A stretch of 64,000 nucleotides of DNA from Macrostomum lignano (taxonomy: Eukaryota), in NCBI GenBank assembly GCA_002269645.1, contig NIVC01001547.1, positions 207,025 to 271,024 of the forward strand, written 5' to 3'. Below the pieces are notes generated by a model that made no database searches, was not told where the DNA came from, and saw nothing but the letters and a program-made list of their open reading frames with translations. This document shows positions 11,800 to 24,349 of the stretch, one piece after another. How positions within the stretch are numbered: the stretch's first letter is position 1; every line of letters starts with the position of its first letter. The translations under genes and the position numbers were made by a program.

Positions 11800-13567
11800 T
11801 TTGATAACCTAATGTTGAGGAAACCAATGTTTATGATCGACCAATAATTAGGATCAACCAGTGTTTGGCATTCACCAATGTTTTGGTTTCACCACTGTTT
11901 GGGATTCACCAATGTTTGGGATCCAGTAATGTTTGGGTTGCACCAATGTTTGGAATTAACCAATGTTTGGGATCCACCAATGTTTGGGATTCACTAATGT
12001 TTAGGATCCACCAATGTTTGGGATTCACTAATGTTTAGGATCCACCAATGTTTAGGATCCCCCAATGTTTGAGATCCACCAATGTTTGGGATTCACCTAT
12101 GCTTGGGATTCACTAATTTTTTGGATTCACCAATGTTTGGGATTCACCAATGTTTGGGATCCAGTAATGTTTGGGTTGCACCAATGTTTGGAATTAACCA
12201 ATTTTTAGGATCCACCAATGTTTAGGATCCCCCAATTTTTGGGATCCACCAATGTTTGGGATTCACCAATTTTTTAGATTCACCAATGTTTGGGATTGAC
12301 CAATGTTTGGGATCCAGTAATGTTTGGGTTGCACCAATGTGTGGAATTAACCAATGTTTGGGATCCACGTATGTTTGGGTTCCACCAATGTTTAGGATCC
12401 ACCAATGTTAGGGATTCACCAATGTTTGCGATCCAGCAATGTTTGGGTTCCACCAATGTTTAGGATCCAGCAATGTTTGGGATTCACCAATGTTTTGGAT
12501 CTACCAATGTTTGGGATTTTCCAATGTTTGGGTTCCACCAATGTTGGAGATTAACCAATGTTTAGGATTAACCAATGTTTTTGATAACCTAATTTTGGGG
12601 AAACCAATGTTTATGATCGACCAATAATTAAGATCAACCAGTGTTTGGCATTCACCAATGTTTTGGTTTCACTAATGTTTTGGTTTCACCAATGTTTGGG
12701 TTCCACCAATGTTTTGGAGTCACCAATGTTTGAGTTCCACCAATGTTTAGGATCCACCAATGTTTAGGATGCCCCAATGTTTGGGTTCCACCAATGTTTA
12801 GGATTCACCAATTTTTTGGATTCACCAATGTTTGGGATAAACCAATGTTTGGGATCCAGTAATGTTTGGGTTGCACCAATGTTTGGAATTAACCAATGTT
12901 TGGGATTCACCAATGTTTGGGATCCAGTAATGTTTGGGTTGCACCAATGTTTTGGATTCACCAATGTTTGGGATTCACCAATGTTTGGGATCCACCAATG
13001 TTTGGGATTCACCAATTTTTTGGATTCACCAATGTTTGGGATTCACCAATGTTTGGGTTGCACCAATGTTTGGAAAATCACCAATGTTTGGGTTCCACCA
13101 ATGTTTAGGATGCCCCAATGTTTGGGATCCACCAATGTTTGGGTTCCACCAATGTTTAGGATCCACCAATGTTTGGGATTCACCAATGTTTGCGATCCAG
13201 CAATTTTTGGGTTCCACCAATGTTTGGGATTCACCAATGTTTGGGATCCACCAATTTTTAGGATCCACCAATGTTTAGGATCCCCCAATGTTTGGGATCC
13301 ACCAATGTTTGGGATTCACCATTTTTTTGGATTCACCAATGTTTGGGATTCACCAATGTTTGGTATCCAGTAATGTTTGGGTTGCACCAATGTTTGGAAT
13401 TAACCAATGTTTGGGATCCACAGATGTTTGGGTTCCACCAATGTTTAGGATCCACCAATGTTAGGGATTCACCAATGTTTGCGATCCAGCAATGTTTGGG
13501 TTCCACCAATTTTTTGGATTCACCAATGTTTGGGATTCACCAATGTTTTGGATCTACCAATGTTTGG
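11800..13567. repeat. 17-bp satellite, block 2
   Basis: The same unit resumes directly after the LTR. Confidence 0.96.
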
Positions 13568-13609
13568 GAAAGCTTAATATCAACATTTGAATATGATTAC
13601 AATTTTTAA

Positions 13610-13654
13610 CAACTTCAACGCGTTTCGCACGCCATGGTGCATCGTCAGGATTTT
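13610..13654 (-). ncRNA. Minimal type I hammerhead ribozyme-like motif (left PLE arm)
   Basis: Reverse complement of the motif at 16018-16062. Confidence 0.65.
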
Positions 13655-13945
13655 ATTAGAACGATTTGAGAAATTGAGATTGAAAGCGATTGATTAAATA
13701 TTGGTTTTTGCAACGTACACAGGTAAGGAGGGTAAGATTGAAAACAATTGATTACAACTTGGCTTTAACAACATACATAGGTATAGTAGGTAGGAGAGAG
13801 AATTATAGATTGAGAATGAAAGTTAAACCAAATGTACACAATTCTTGTCCAGTGGTCAAAAGGCAGAATCAGGGGCGGTAGCTAGCTTAGGTAATTGAAC
13901 GTCAAGCTAAGTGTACACAGCGTGCACGACTGTGTCACTCACTGT

Positions 13946-15225
13946 TCAGAAAAAGCGGAGAACGTGACCTGCACCACTATGTTGTAATTGGGTGTTGAGA
14001 TTCGGGGTCTGAGCTTTAATGTGCAGGGCCTCGAGAATTCTGAGTTTGGCGTCAGTATGGCTTTGGTCAATGATTTTAAAGTGTTCTTCTGGTTTGCAGT
14101 CATTGCAGTTAGTGCATTCAAGGAGGTGAGTTTGTATAGCAGATGGTTTGAGCCAGTGTTCCCTGATCCTCGTGTGTAGGTGTCTTTTGGTTTTCCCCAC
14201 GTAGGAGACGCTCTGGTCCACAGAGCAGTTAAATTGGTAGACAACACCTGCACGCAGAGTACAAGGAACACGCGACTTTAATCTGCTAACAAAGTTCCCA
14301 ATCTTGTTCGTGTGGAAGACGACCCGGATGTTACGATTGAAAGAGGCAAAGAATAACCTACGCATTCTGTTTTTAAAGGCTAGAGATGGAGGTCCGAGGA
14401 AGAGGAGACGCAGAATGGGTTCAAATTCTTCAGTGGTAACAGATTGCTCAGGTTTTTGTTTGGTGATTTTGTCCGAGATGAACTTGTTGATGATTTTTTG
14501 GACCAGACAAACGGGGTAGTCATTTTGATGGAACAGTCTGGTGAGGAACTGCACCTCCCGGTCAAAGTTGATCCAGGTGTAACAGGTAGTGAAAGCTCTA
14601 TGGAGCAAACACCTCACGAGCCCAGTTTTCCATTGTCTGGGGCAAGTGGCTTGGAAGTTGAGAATGAGATTGGTAAAGCTTTTCTTACGGAAGACTTTTG
14701 TGGAGAGGGTTTCCTTACTGTAGTCAATGTCAATGTCCAGGAAGGGGAGTCTTTGGTCAACAGCATGTTCAACCGTGAATTTTATGTTCTTATGAGTGGA
14801 GTTGAGAGCGTGGAGGAACTGATCAATTTTTTGCTCTTGATCAAAGATGGCAAACGTATCGTCGACGTAGCGCCTGTAGAATTTGGGGGCACAGTTGAGA
14901 GACATCCAGTTTTCGGTTTCCCAATGGGCCAAGCAGACGTTCGCCAGAGTGGGGGCCAAGGGGCTTCCCATGGCACAGCCATCAACTTGCCTATAGTATT
15001 TATTGTCAAACATAAAGATTCCAGAGGTAGCAAAGCCCAGGAGTTTTCTAAAGGACGACTTGGCCATGGTGGGAGGGTTCGTGTTGTACACCAACTCAGT
15101 GGCATAGTCAATGGCCAGATCAAGGGGGATGTTGGTGAAGAGAGAAACAACATCAAAACTACATAGAGAGTCGGATCTGTTGAGCGTAGGGTTGAACTTT
15201 TGAAGGTCATTGAGGAAGACTTCCT
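13946..15225 (-). CDS. PLE reverse transcriptase (C-terminal part) plus GIY-YIG endonuclease, 5'-truncated
   Basis: The frame is open from ~15225: SFDVVSLFTNIP, QVDGCAMGSPLAP, YRRYVDDTF, LPFLD; then VVY...YVGKT...RIREH...ILEALHI. Confidence 0.92.
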
Positions 15226-15229
15226 CAAT

Positions 15230-15726
15230 CTGTTACCACTGAAGAATTTGAACCCATTCTGCGTCTCCCCTTCCTCGGACCTCCATCTCTAGCCTTTAAA
15301 AACAGAATGCGTAGGTTATTCTTTGCCTCTTTCAATCGTAACATCCGGGTCGTCTTCCACACGAACAAGATTGGGAACTTTGTTAGCAGATTAAAGTCGC
15401 GTGTTCCTTGTACTCTGCGTGCAGGTGTTGTCTACCAATTTAACTGCTCTGTGGACCAGAGCGTCTCCTACGTGGGGAAAACCAAAAGACACCTACACAC
15501 GAGGATCAGGGAACACTGGCTCAAACCATCTGCTATACAAACTCACCTCCTTGAATGCACTAACTGCAATGACTGCAAACCAGAAGAACACTTTAAAATC
15601 ATTGACAAAAGCCATACTGACGCCAAACTCAGAATTCTCGAGGCCCTGCACATTAAAGCTCAGACCCCGAATCTCAACACCCAATTACAACATAGTGGTG
15701 CCGGTCACGTTCTCCGCGTTTTCTGA
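15230..15726 (+). pseudogene. Inverted duplicate of the PLE GIY-YIG region
   Basis: The translation is near-identical to the C-terminus of the 13946-15225 ORF. Confidence 0.9.
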
Positions 15727-16017
15727 ACAGTGAGTGACACAGTCGTGCACGCTGTGTACACTTAGCTTGACGTTCAATTACCTAAGCTAGCTACCGCCCC
15801 TGATTCTGCCTTTTGACCACTGGACAAGAATTGTGTACATTTGGTTTAACTTTCATTCTCAATCTATAATTCTCTCTCCTACCTACTATACCTATGTATG
15901 TTGTTAAAGCCAAGTTGTAATCAATTGTTTTCAATCTTACCCTCCTTACCTGTGTACGTTGCAAAAACCAATATTTAATCAATCGCTTTCAATCGCAATT
16001 TCTCAAATCGTTCTAAT

Positions 16018-16062
16018 AAAATCCTGACGATGCACCATGGCGTGCGAAACGCGTTGAAGTTG
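16018..16062 (+). ncRNA. Minimal type I hammerhead ribozyme-like motif (right PLE arm)
   Basis: CTGACGA-T-GCAC(CATGGC)GTGC-GAAA-CGCG-TT-G: conserved core boxes, a 4-bp stem II and a palindromic CGCG in stem III. Stem I pairing is imperfect. Confidence 0.65.
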
Positions 16063-16138
16063 TTAGAAATTGTAATCATATTCAAATGTTGATATTAAGC
16101 TTTCTATTTATTCTTCTCGCCAAGCGAGCGACTCTACC

Positions 16139-18240
16139 AGCACCAATGTTTGGGATTTTCCAATGTTTGGGTTCCACCAATGTTGGAGATTAACCAATGT
16201 TTAGGATTAACCAATGTTTTTGATAACCTAATTTTGTGGAAACCAATGTTTATGATCGACCAATAATTAGGATCAACCAGTGTTTGGCATTCACCAATGT
16301 TTTGGTTTCACTAATGTTTTGGTTTCACCAATGTTTGGGTTCCACCAATGTTTGGGATCCACCAATGTTTAGGATCCACCAATGTTTAGGATGCCCCTAT
16401 GTTTGGGATCCACCAATGTTTGGGTTCCACCAATGTTTAGGATCCACCAATGTTTGGGATTCACCAATGTTTGCGATCCAGCAATGTTTGGGTTCCACCA
16501 ATGTTTGGGATTACCCAATGTTTGGGATTCACCATTTTTTTGGATTCACCAATGTTTGGGATCCAGTAATGTTTGGGTTGCACCAATGTTTAGGATTAAC
16601 CAATGTTTGGGATCCACGGATGTTTGGGTTCCACCAATGTTTAGGATCCACCAATGTTTGGGATTCACCTATGTTTGGGTTCCAGCAATGTTTGGGATTC
16701 ACCAATGTTTTGGTTTCACTAATTTTTTGGTTTCACCAATGTTTGGGTTCCACCAATGTTTGGGATTCACCAATGTTTTGGTTTCACTAATTTTTTGGTT
16801 TCACCAATGTTTGGGTTCCACCTATGTTTGGGATTCACCAATGTTTGGGATCCACCAATTTTTAGGATTCACCAATGTTTGGGATCCACCAATGTTTGGG
16901 ATCCACCAATGTTTGTTATTCACCAATGTTCGGGATCTACCAATGTTTTGGAAATACCGATGTTGGGGACTTTCCTACGTTTAGGATCTAATAATGTTTG
17001 GGTTGCACCAATGTTTGGGATTCACCAATGTTTGGGATTCACCAATGTTTGGGAATCACCAATGTTTGGGATTCACCAATGTTTGGGATTTACCAATCTT
17101 TGGGTTCAACCAATGTTTAATATTCAGCAATGTTTGGGTTCCACCAATGTTTAGGATCCACCAATGTTTTGGTTCAATCAACGTTTAAGATCAACCAATT
17201 TTTTGGATCCACCAATGTTTGGGATTCAACAATGTTGGGGATCAACCAATGTTTGGGATTTACCAATGTTTGGGATACACCAATGTTGGGGATCAACCAA
17301 TATTTTGGATATACCGATGTTTTGGACTTTCCTACGTTTAGGATCCAGTAATGTTTGGGTTGCACCAACGTTTGGGATTCACCAATGTTTGGGATTCACC
17401 AATGTTTGGGATTCACCAATGTTTGGGATTCAACAATGTTAGGGATCAATCAATGTTTTGGATATACCGATGTTTGGGATTTTCCAATGTTTGGGGTCAA
17501 CCAATGTTTAGGATCCACCAATGTTTGGGATTCACCAATTATGGGATCCACCAATGTTTTGGATAACCTAATGTTGGGAAAACCAATGTTTTATGATCCA
17601 CAAGTATAATGGATCAACCAGTGTTTAGCATCCAATAATGTTTTGGTTTCACCAATGTTTAGGTTCCACCAATGTTTGAGATTTACCAATGTTTGGTTTA
17701 CCAATAATTAAAATCCACCAATGTTTAGGATTCACCAATGTTTGGAATTCACCAATGTTTGGGTTCCAACAATGTTTGGGATTCACCAATGTTTGGGTTC
17801 CAACAATGTTTGGGATTCACCAATGTTTGGGTTCCAACAATGTTTGGGATTCACCAATGTTTGGGTTCCAACAATGTTTGGGATTCACCAATGTTTGGGT
17901 TCCAACAATGTTTGGGATTCACCAATGTTTGGGTTCCAACAATGTTTGGGATTCACCAATGTTTGGGTTCCAACAATGTTTGGGATTCACCAATATTTAG
18001 GAGCAACCACTGTTTCGGTTTTTACAATGTTACGGATTTACCAATGTTTAGAATCCACCAACGTCTTTGATCAACCAATTTTTGGGTTCTAGGATATTTT
18101 CGATTCAAGAATTCTCGGGATCCACCAATGTTTGGGATTCAACAATGTTGGGGATCAACCAATGTTTGGGAGCAACCAATGTTTGGGATTTACCAATATT
18201 TAGGAGCAACCAATGTTTGGAATTTACCAATGTTTAGAAG
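16139..18240. repeat. 17-bp satellite, block 3 (more diverged; contains a homogenised 34-bp dimer run at ~17750-17992)
   Basis: Same unit with increasing variation. Confidence 0.95.
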
Positions 18241-19500
18241 TGAGGAGCTGATTCGGGAGGTGATCAGTCACCCGAAAACTCCCACTTCCAGACACTTAAG
18301 CCTGGGAACAAAATCAAGTGATCACTTACTGTGGCGGGCTCCTCTTCTTTGTCGGGCAGGTTCTCCGATCTTGTTCCTTGTATCTTCTTTGTTGTGCACG
18401 TTTGTTGATTCGCTTCTTCAAATCTTCTTCTTCTCCGGAGGAATCTTCTTGAAGTCTAGAATCGGCCGAATGAGAGCGTGACAATCAGATCAGGCGACGT
18501 CGCAGTATTTCTCGAATGCAAAATCAATTTAGGCCTTAAGCTCAGTAATCAATATCAACGATGCGCCCTTATAACAAATCAACTTTCTGTAATAATCACG
18601 AGGTCCTCCAAGAAGGGCGTCTTCTTCTAGCAATAACGGAATCGGATTCGTGTGCTCCTATCGGTTAATCTAGGATAACCAAAATTAATCAACTCGATAA
18701 TCCTCTAAGGGTATCGGAATCGGTCCGCAGATCCTATCCAATCCCTTAGGAAAATGGGAGGCCTCAAATTCAATGAACTCAGTTAAATCAACTGATACAT
18801 GTAAATAACGGCCGGCAGTAAAATCGCTCTCAAATCAATTCAATAACAAAGGCTCGAACAAGAGCTCACCAATTGGTTTACTTCTTACTCAGAGATGTAG
18901 CCTCGAGTAGCTTCTGCAGTAAGCCCAAGATGTTTTGAGGCTGCTCCGAGTCTGAGATTTTTAGCTCGGATTTTGGCTTGAATTTATAGGGAAACTTGTT
19001 ACCCTTGCCACTGTGTTGGTGGTAAGGGCGTTTAAACTGCGGGGGGAGGGGCTCGCTTGGCTGGGGCGGGTGCGTGCGGGGTGGCGTGTGCTGCGGGGGG
19101 CGGGGGGTCGCGGGTTGCTAGCTTGATTTCATATTTCGTCCGGTCCTCCGCTTGTTCGCCGTGCGTTCGTGTTTGCTCAGAACAGCGGAGGTTCCGTTTC
19201 GCGCCATCCCTTGTCTTGCCTCGAACGTTCCTTTCCCCGCGGTTTAATCTTGAAAACAGATTATTTTTGGTAGGTGACAGTTTAGCGTTTTGGAAATTTG
19301 ACCCCTATAGAATACATTAGGTTTGAACCTCATTACCATATTCAGTGTTCTAAATTTAAATGTTGCAAAAGATGGTCAGTTGTTGCTTTCGTGGTCTTAA
19401 AAATCAAGTGTGACAATTTGCAGTTTTTAGCTTTTGAGTTTTCACGTTTTTACGTTACTACTTATAGTAGTTTACTTTGGACCGTATTTGGAGATCTCTA
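18241..19500. other. Unassigned ~1.26-kb non-repetitive insert within the satellite
   Basis: Satellite on both sides. Contains a GC-rich tract (19040-19115), a minus-strand TATAAA (18983-18988) and stop-interrupted minus-strand reading frames. Confidence 0.6.
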
Positions 19501-20420
19501 CAGAAGCAACTAATGTTTGGAATTTATCAATGTTTCGGATTCACCAAAGTAAAGGATCCACCGATGTTGGGAATCCAGCGATGTTGAAATTCCTACAATT
19601 TTGAGGATCTAACAAGGTTTGAGATCCTACGATGTTTGGAATCCACCAATGTTTCGGATCCACCAATGTTTAGGATCCACCAATGTTGGGGATTAACCAA
19701 TGTTTGGGATCAACCAATGTTTGGGATTTACCAATGTTTTCGGTCAACCAGTGTTTAGAATCATCCAATGTTTGGGATCCATCAATTTTTGGGATCCACC
19801 GATGTTTGGGTTCCACTTCCACCAATGTTACGGATCAACCAATGTTTGAGATCTAGGATATTTTCAATCCAAGAATTCTCGGGATTCACCAATGTTTGGG
19901 ATCCACCAAAGTCTTTGATCAACCAATGTTTGAGATCTAGGATATTTTCAATCCAAGAATTCTCGGGATCAACCAATGTTTGGGATTCAACAATGTTTAG
20001 GATCCACCAATGTTGGGGATTTACCAATGTTTGGGATCAACCAATGTTTGCGATTTACCAATGTTTTCGGTCAACCAGTGTTTACAATCCACCAATGTTT
20101 GGGATCCACCAATTTTTGGGATCCACCATATTTTTTAATTACCTAATTTTGGGGAAACCAATGTTTATGATCCACGAATATTTAGGATCCACCAGTGTTT
20201 GGGATCCACCAATGTTTTGGTTCAACCAATGTTTGGGTTCAACCAATGTTTGGGTTCAACCAATGTTTGGGTTCCACCAATGTTTGGGTTCCACCAATGT
20301 TTGGGATTCACTAATGTTTAGGAGCAACCAATGTTTGGGATTTACTAATGATTGGAAGCAACTAATGTTTGGGATTTACCAATGTTTGGGATCCACTGAT
20401 GTTGGGGATCCAGCGATGTT
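19500..20420. repeat. 17-bp satellite, block 4 (degenerate edge)
   Basis: CCAATGTTTGGGAT units with high divergence and a local duplication near 19840-19990. Confidence 0.9.
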
Positions 20421-20421
20421 A

Positions 20422-21060
20422 AAATTCCTAAGTAGAATGCATGAGGGGGCTTTTGGGACAAATTTTTTAACGTCCTGCATAATCATATTAAATCTATTCA
20501 TATTATCCCCGACAGAATCAGAGCATAACAGGTGTCCTACTTGCTCCGAAAACTTCGAACATAATCCTATTAAATCCATCTATATTATCCCTGAATCAGA
20601 AAAAATGGGTCACACTTGCTCCGAAAACTTCGAACATAATCCTCCTAAATCCATCCATATTATCCCAGAATCAGAGCATAACAGCAGTTGTCCTAAATAA
20701 TCCACTGACATCCACCCATGGCATCTTCGAAACAATCAGAAAATAATTTGCGAAACCAGATCCCTAAGACTTTAAATTATCAGCGCAGGGTCCTTACCCT
20801 TTGAAAAAAATTAAATTTTCTCTAAAAATGTTTCCAGTTGTCTCTCCAGGTTCTTATAAATTGAGCCTAATTATAAGAGCAAGTACCAGTGCAAGAAGGA
20901 ATGCAGCGAGTACATGAGAAAATATTGGCCCAGCGTTGATATCAATGTCCCTAAAGTTAATCTAGCTCTCCAAAGACACTGGTTTCATAAGTATGGAGTA
21001 ACCTTCGTAAAAGACTACGACAGCTACTACAGCTTCGCAGAAATCATGAAGCATTTGTAG
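20422..21060 (+). repeat. Dispersed ~640-bp element, copy 1, with a frameshifted small ORF at 20828-21060
   Basis: Inverted homolog at ~25300-25925; translation YKSKYQCKKECSEYMRKYWPSVDINVP...FAEIMKHL. Confidence 0.8.
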
Positions 21061-21457
21061 AATTTCGTTACAATACGCATTAAAACTTTTAGACTGCAAT
21101 AAAATCGATATTTTTACGCATGGTATTTTGCTGTGTGGCGGGTGGGTGTTGAGCGGAATGGGAGCTGTTTCTTGTCATAGCGCGAGCGGCGTTGGTAGCC
21201 ACTCCCAGTTGGCTCTACCCCCCCCCCCCCCCAAAACGCTATTAAAACGAACGTGTTGAATAGCTGCATGAGAACTCCACCATAAGTCAAACCGGAACTT
21301 TCTTCAATGAACGGAATACGGTTTATCATGGCCTTGTCAAAGGAGACAAGAATTGCAACGATTGCCGAACTGGCGCTCTCGCTGTCATCTTAAATTTCTC
21401 GCTGTGTTTTATTAAAACACCTTGAAAACACAAAACTGCTAAACGTAAAAGTAGCGC

Positions 21458-24280
21458 AATGTCAAACATAGAAGAGCCACCATGTCAAACATATACGTGA
21501 CTTCATCTCAAACATTAAATAGCCACTATGTCAAACATAAAAGAGCCACCATTTCGAACATTAAAGAGCTACCATGTCAAACATAAAGGAGCCACCATGT
21601 CAAATATAAGAGAGCCACCATGTCAAACATAAAAGAGCCACCATTTCGAACATTAAAGAGCCACCATATCAAACATCTACGTGACTCCATGTCGAACATT
21701 AAAGAGTCACCATGTCAAACATAAAAGAGCCACCATGTCAAACATATACGTGACTCCATGTCAAATATTAAAGAGGCACCATGTCAAACATTAAAGAGAC
21801 ACCATGTCAAACATTAAAGAGCCACCATGTTGAACATTTAAGAATCACAATGTCAAACATTAAAGAGCCACCATGTCAAACATAAGAGAGCCACCATGTC
21901 AAACATTAAAGAGTCACAATGTCAAACATTAAAGAGCCACCATGTTGAACATTAGAGAACCACAATGTCAAACATAAGAGAGCCACCATGTCGAACATTA
22001 AAGAGTCACCATGTACAACATAAAAGAGCCACCATGTCAAACATAAAAGAGCCACCATGTCAAACATAAGAGAGCCACCATGTCAAACATAAGAGAGCCA
22101 CCATGTCAAACATAGAAGAGCCACCATTTCGAACATTAAAGTGTCACCCTGTCAAACATCGACGTGACTCCATGTCAAACATTAAAGAGCCTTCATGTCA
22201 AACATAAAAGAGCCACCATGTCAAACATAAAAAAGCCACCATTTCGAACATTAAAGAGCCACCATGTCAAACATCTACGTGACTCCATGTCAAACATAAG
22301 ACAGCCACCGTGTCAAACATTAAAGATCCACCATGTCAATATAAAAGAGCCATCAGGTCAAACATATACGTGTCTCCATGACAAACATTAAAGAGTCATT
22401 ATGTCAAGCATTAAAGGGCTACCATGTCAAACATTAAAGAGCCTTCATGTCAAACATAAAAGAGCCACCATGTCAAACATAAGAGAGCCACCATGTCGAA
22501 CATTAAAGAGTCACCATGTCAAACATAAAAGAGCCACCATGTCAAACATAAGAGAGCCACCATGTCAAACATAAAAGAGCCACCATGTCAAACATAAAAG
22601 AGCCACAATGTCAAACGTAAAAGAACCACCATGTCGAACATTAAGGATCTACCATGTCAAACATTTAAGAGCTACCATGTCAAACATAAAAAAGCCGACA
22701 TGTAGAACATAAAAAGCCACCACGTCAAACATGAACGAAACACCATGTCAAACATCAAAGAGCCACCATGTCAAACATATACGTGACTTCATGTCAAACA
22801 TTAAAGAGCCACCATGTCAAACATTAAAGAGCCACCATGTTGAACATTAGAGAACCACAATGTCAAACACAAGAGAGCCACCATGTCTAACATTAAAGAG
22901 TCACCATGTAAAACATAAAAGAGCCACCATGTCAAACATAAAAGAGCCACCATGTCAAACATAAGAGAGCCACCATGTCAAACATAAAAGAGCCACCATG
23001 TCAAACATAAGAGAGCCACCATGTCAAACATAAAAGAGCCACCATGTCAAACATAAGAGAGCCACCATGTCAAACATAGAAGAGCCACCATTTCGAACAT
23101 TAAAGTGTCACCCTGTCAAACAGCGACGTGACTCCATGTCGAACATTAAAGAGTCACCATGTCAAACATAAAACAGCCACCATGTCAAACATAAAAGAGC
23201 CACCATTTCGAACATTAAAGAGCCACCATGTCAAACATCTACGTGACTCCATGTCAAACATAAGACAGCCACCGTGTCAAACATTAAAGATCCACCATGT
23301 CAATATTAAAGAGCCATCAGGTCAAACATATACGTGTCTCCATGACAAACATTAAAAAGTCATTATGTCAAGCATTAAAGGGCTACCATGTCAAACATTA
23401 AAGAGCCTTCATGTCAAACATAAAAGAGCCACCATGTCAAACATAAGAGAGCCACCATGTCAAACATTAGAGAGCCACCATGTCAAACATTAAAGAGTCA
23501 ACATGTCAAACATAAAAGAGCCACCATGTCAAACATAAAAGAGCCACCATGTCGAACTTTAAAGAGCCACCATGTCAAACGTAAAAGAACCACCATGTCG
23601 AACATAAAAGAGCCGACATGTAGAACATAAAAAAGCCACCACGTCAAACATGAACGAAACACCATGTCAAACATCAAAGAGCCACCATGTCAAACATTAA
23701 AGAGCCACCATGTCAAACATAAAAGAGCAACCATTTCGAACATTAAAGAGCCACCATGTCAAACATTGAAGAGCCACCATGTCAAACATTAAAGAGCCAC
23801 TTTGTCGAGCTTTAAAGAGCTACCATGTCAAACATAAAGGAGCCGACATGTAGAACATTAAAAAGCCAACACGTCAAACATTAACGAGCCACCATGTCAA
23901 ACATAAAAGAGCCACCATGTCGAACATTAAAGAGCCAAAAGTGTAAAATATAAAGGAGCCACCATGTCGAACACTAAAGAGCCACCACGTCGAACATCAA
24001 AGAGCCACCATGTCGAATATTAAAGAGCCACCATGTCAAACAATAAAGAGCCATCATGAAGAACATTATAGAGTCAGTATGTCGAACATTAAGGAGCCAC
24101 CATGTGGAACATTAAAGAGCTACCATGTCAAACATTAAAGAGCCAGCATGCCAAACATTAAAGAACCACTTTGTCGAACATTAAAGAGCCACCATGTGGA
24201 ACATTAAAGAGCTACTATGTCAAACATTAAAGAGCCACCATGTCGAAACATTATTGAGCCACCATGCCAAACATAAAAAG
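21458..24280. repeat. 23-bp satellite (~120 copies) with an internal ~964-bp duplication
   Basis: Unit CACCATGTCAAACATTAAAGAGC; the same variant series recurs at 22164 and 23128. Confidence 0.95.
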
Positions 24281-24349
24281 AAGTGTCATACCAAACAAAA
24301 TGGAACCACTATAAAGCTAAGGAAATTGTTGCACTAGCTACTTGTTCTC

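Larger units (their letters stand above)
13568..16138 (-). mobile_element. Penelope-like retroelement: 5'-truncated copy plus an inverted duplicate of its 3' end
   Basis: Arms 13568-14446 and 15226-16104 are reverse complements (879 bp each). RT and GIY-YIG motifs are present. The right arm carries ~35 extra bp before the satellite resumes. Confidence 0.93.

Noticed and set aside
4358-20700. Many Cys/Trp-rich ORFs (MFGIHQCLGSTNVWDSP repeats) that look like a repetitive structural protein
   Set aside because: The 17-mer consensus lacks stops in all plus-strand frames, so ORFs arise automatically. Frequent frame-breaking indels and TE insertions show no coding constraint.
21458-24280. Common origin of the 23-bp and 17-bp satellites (shared AATGTTTG on opposite strands)
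   Set aside because: An 8-nt match in AT-rich units is too weak to support homology.
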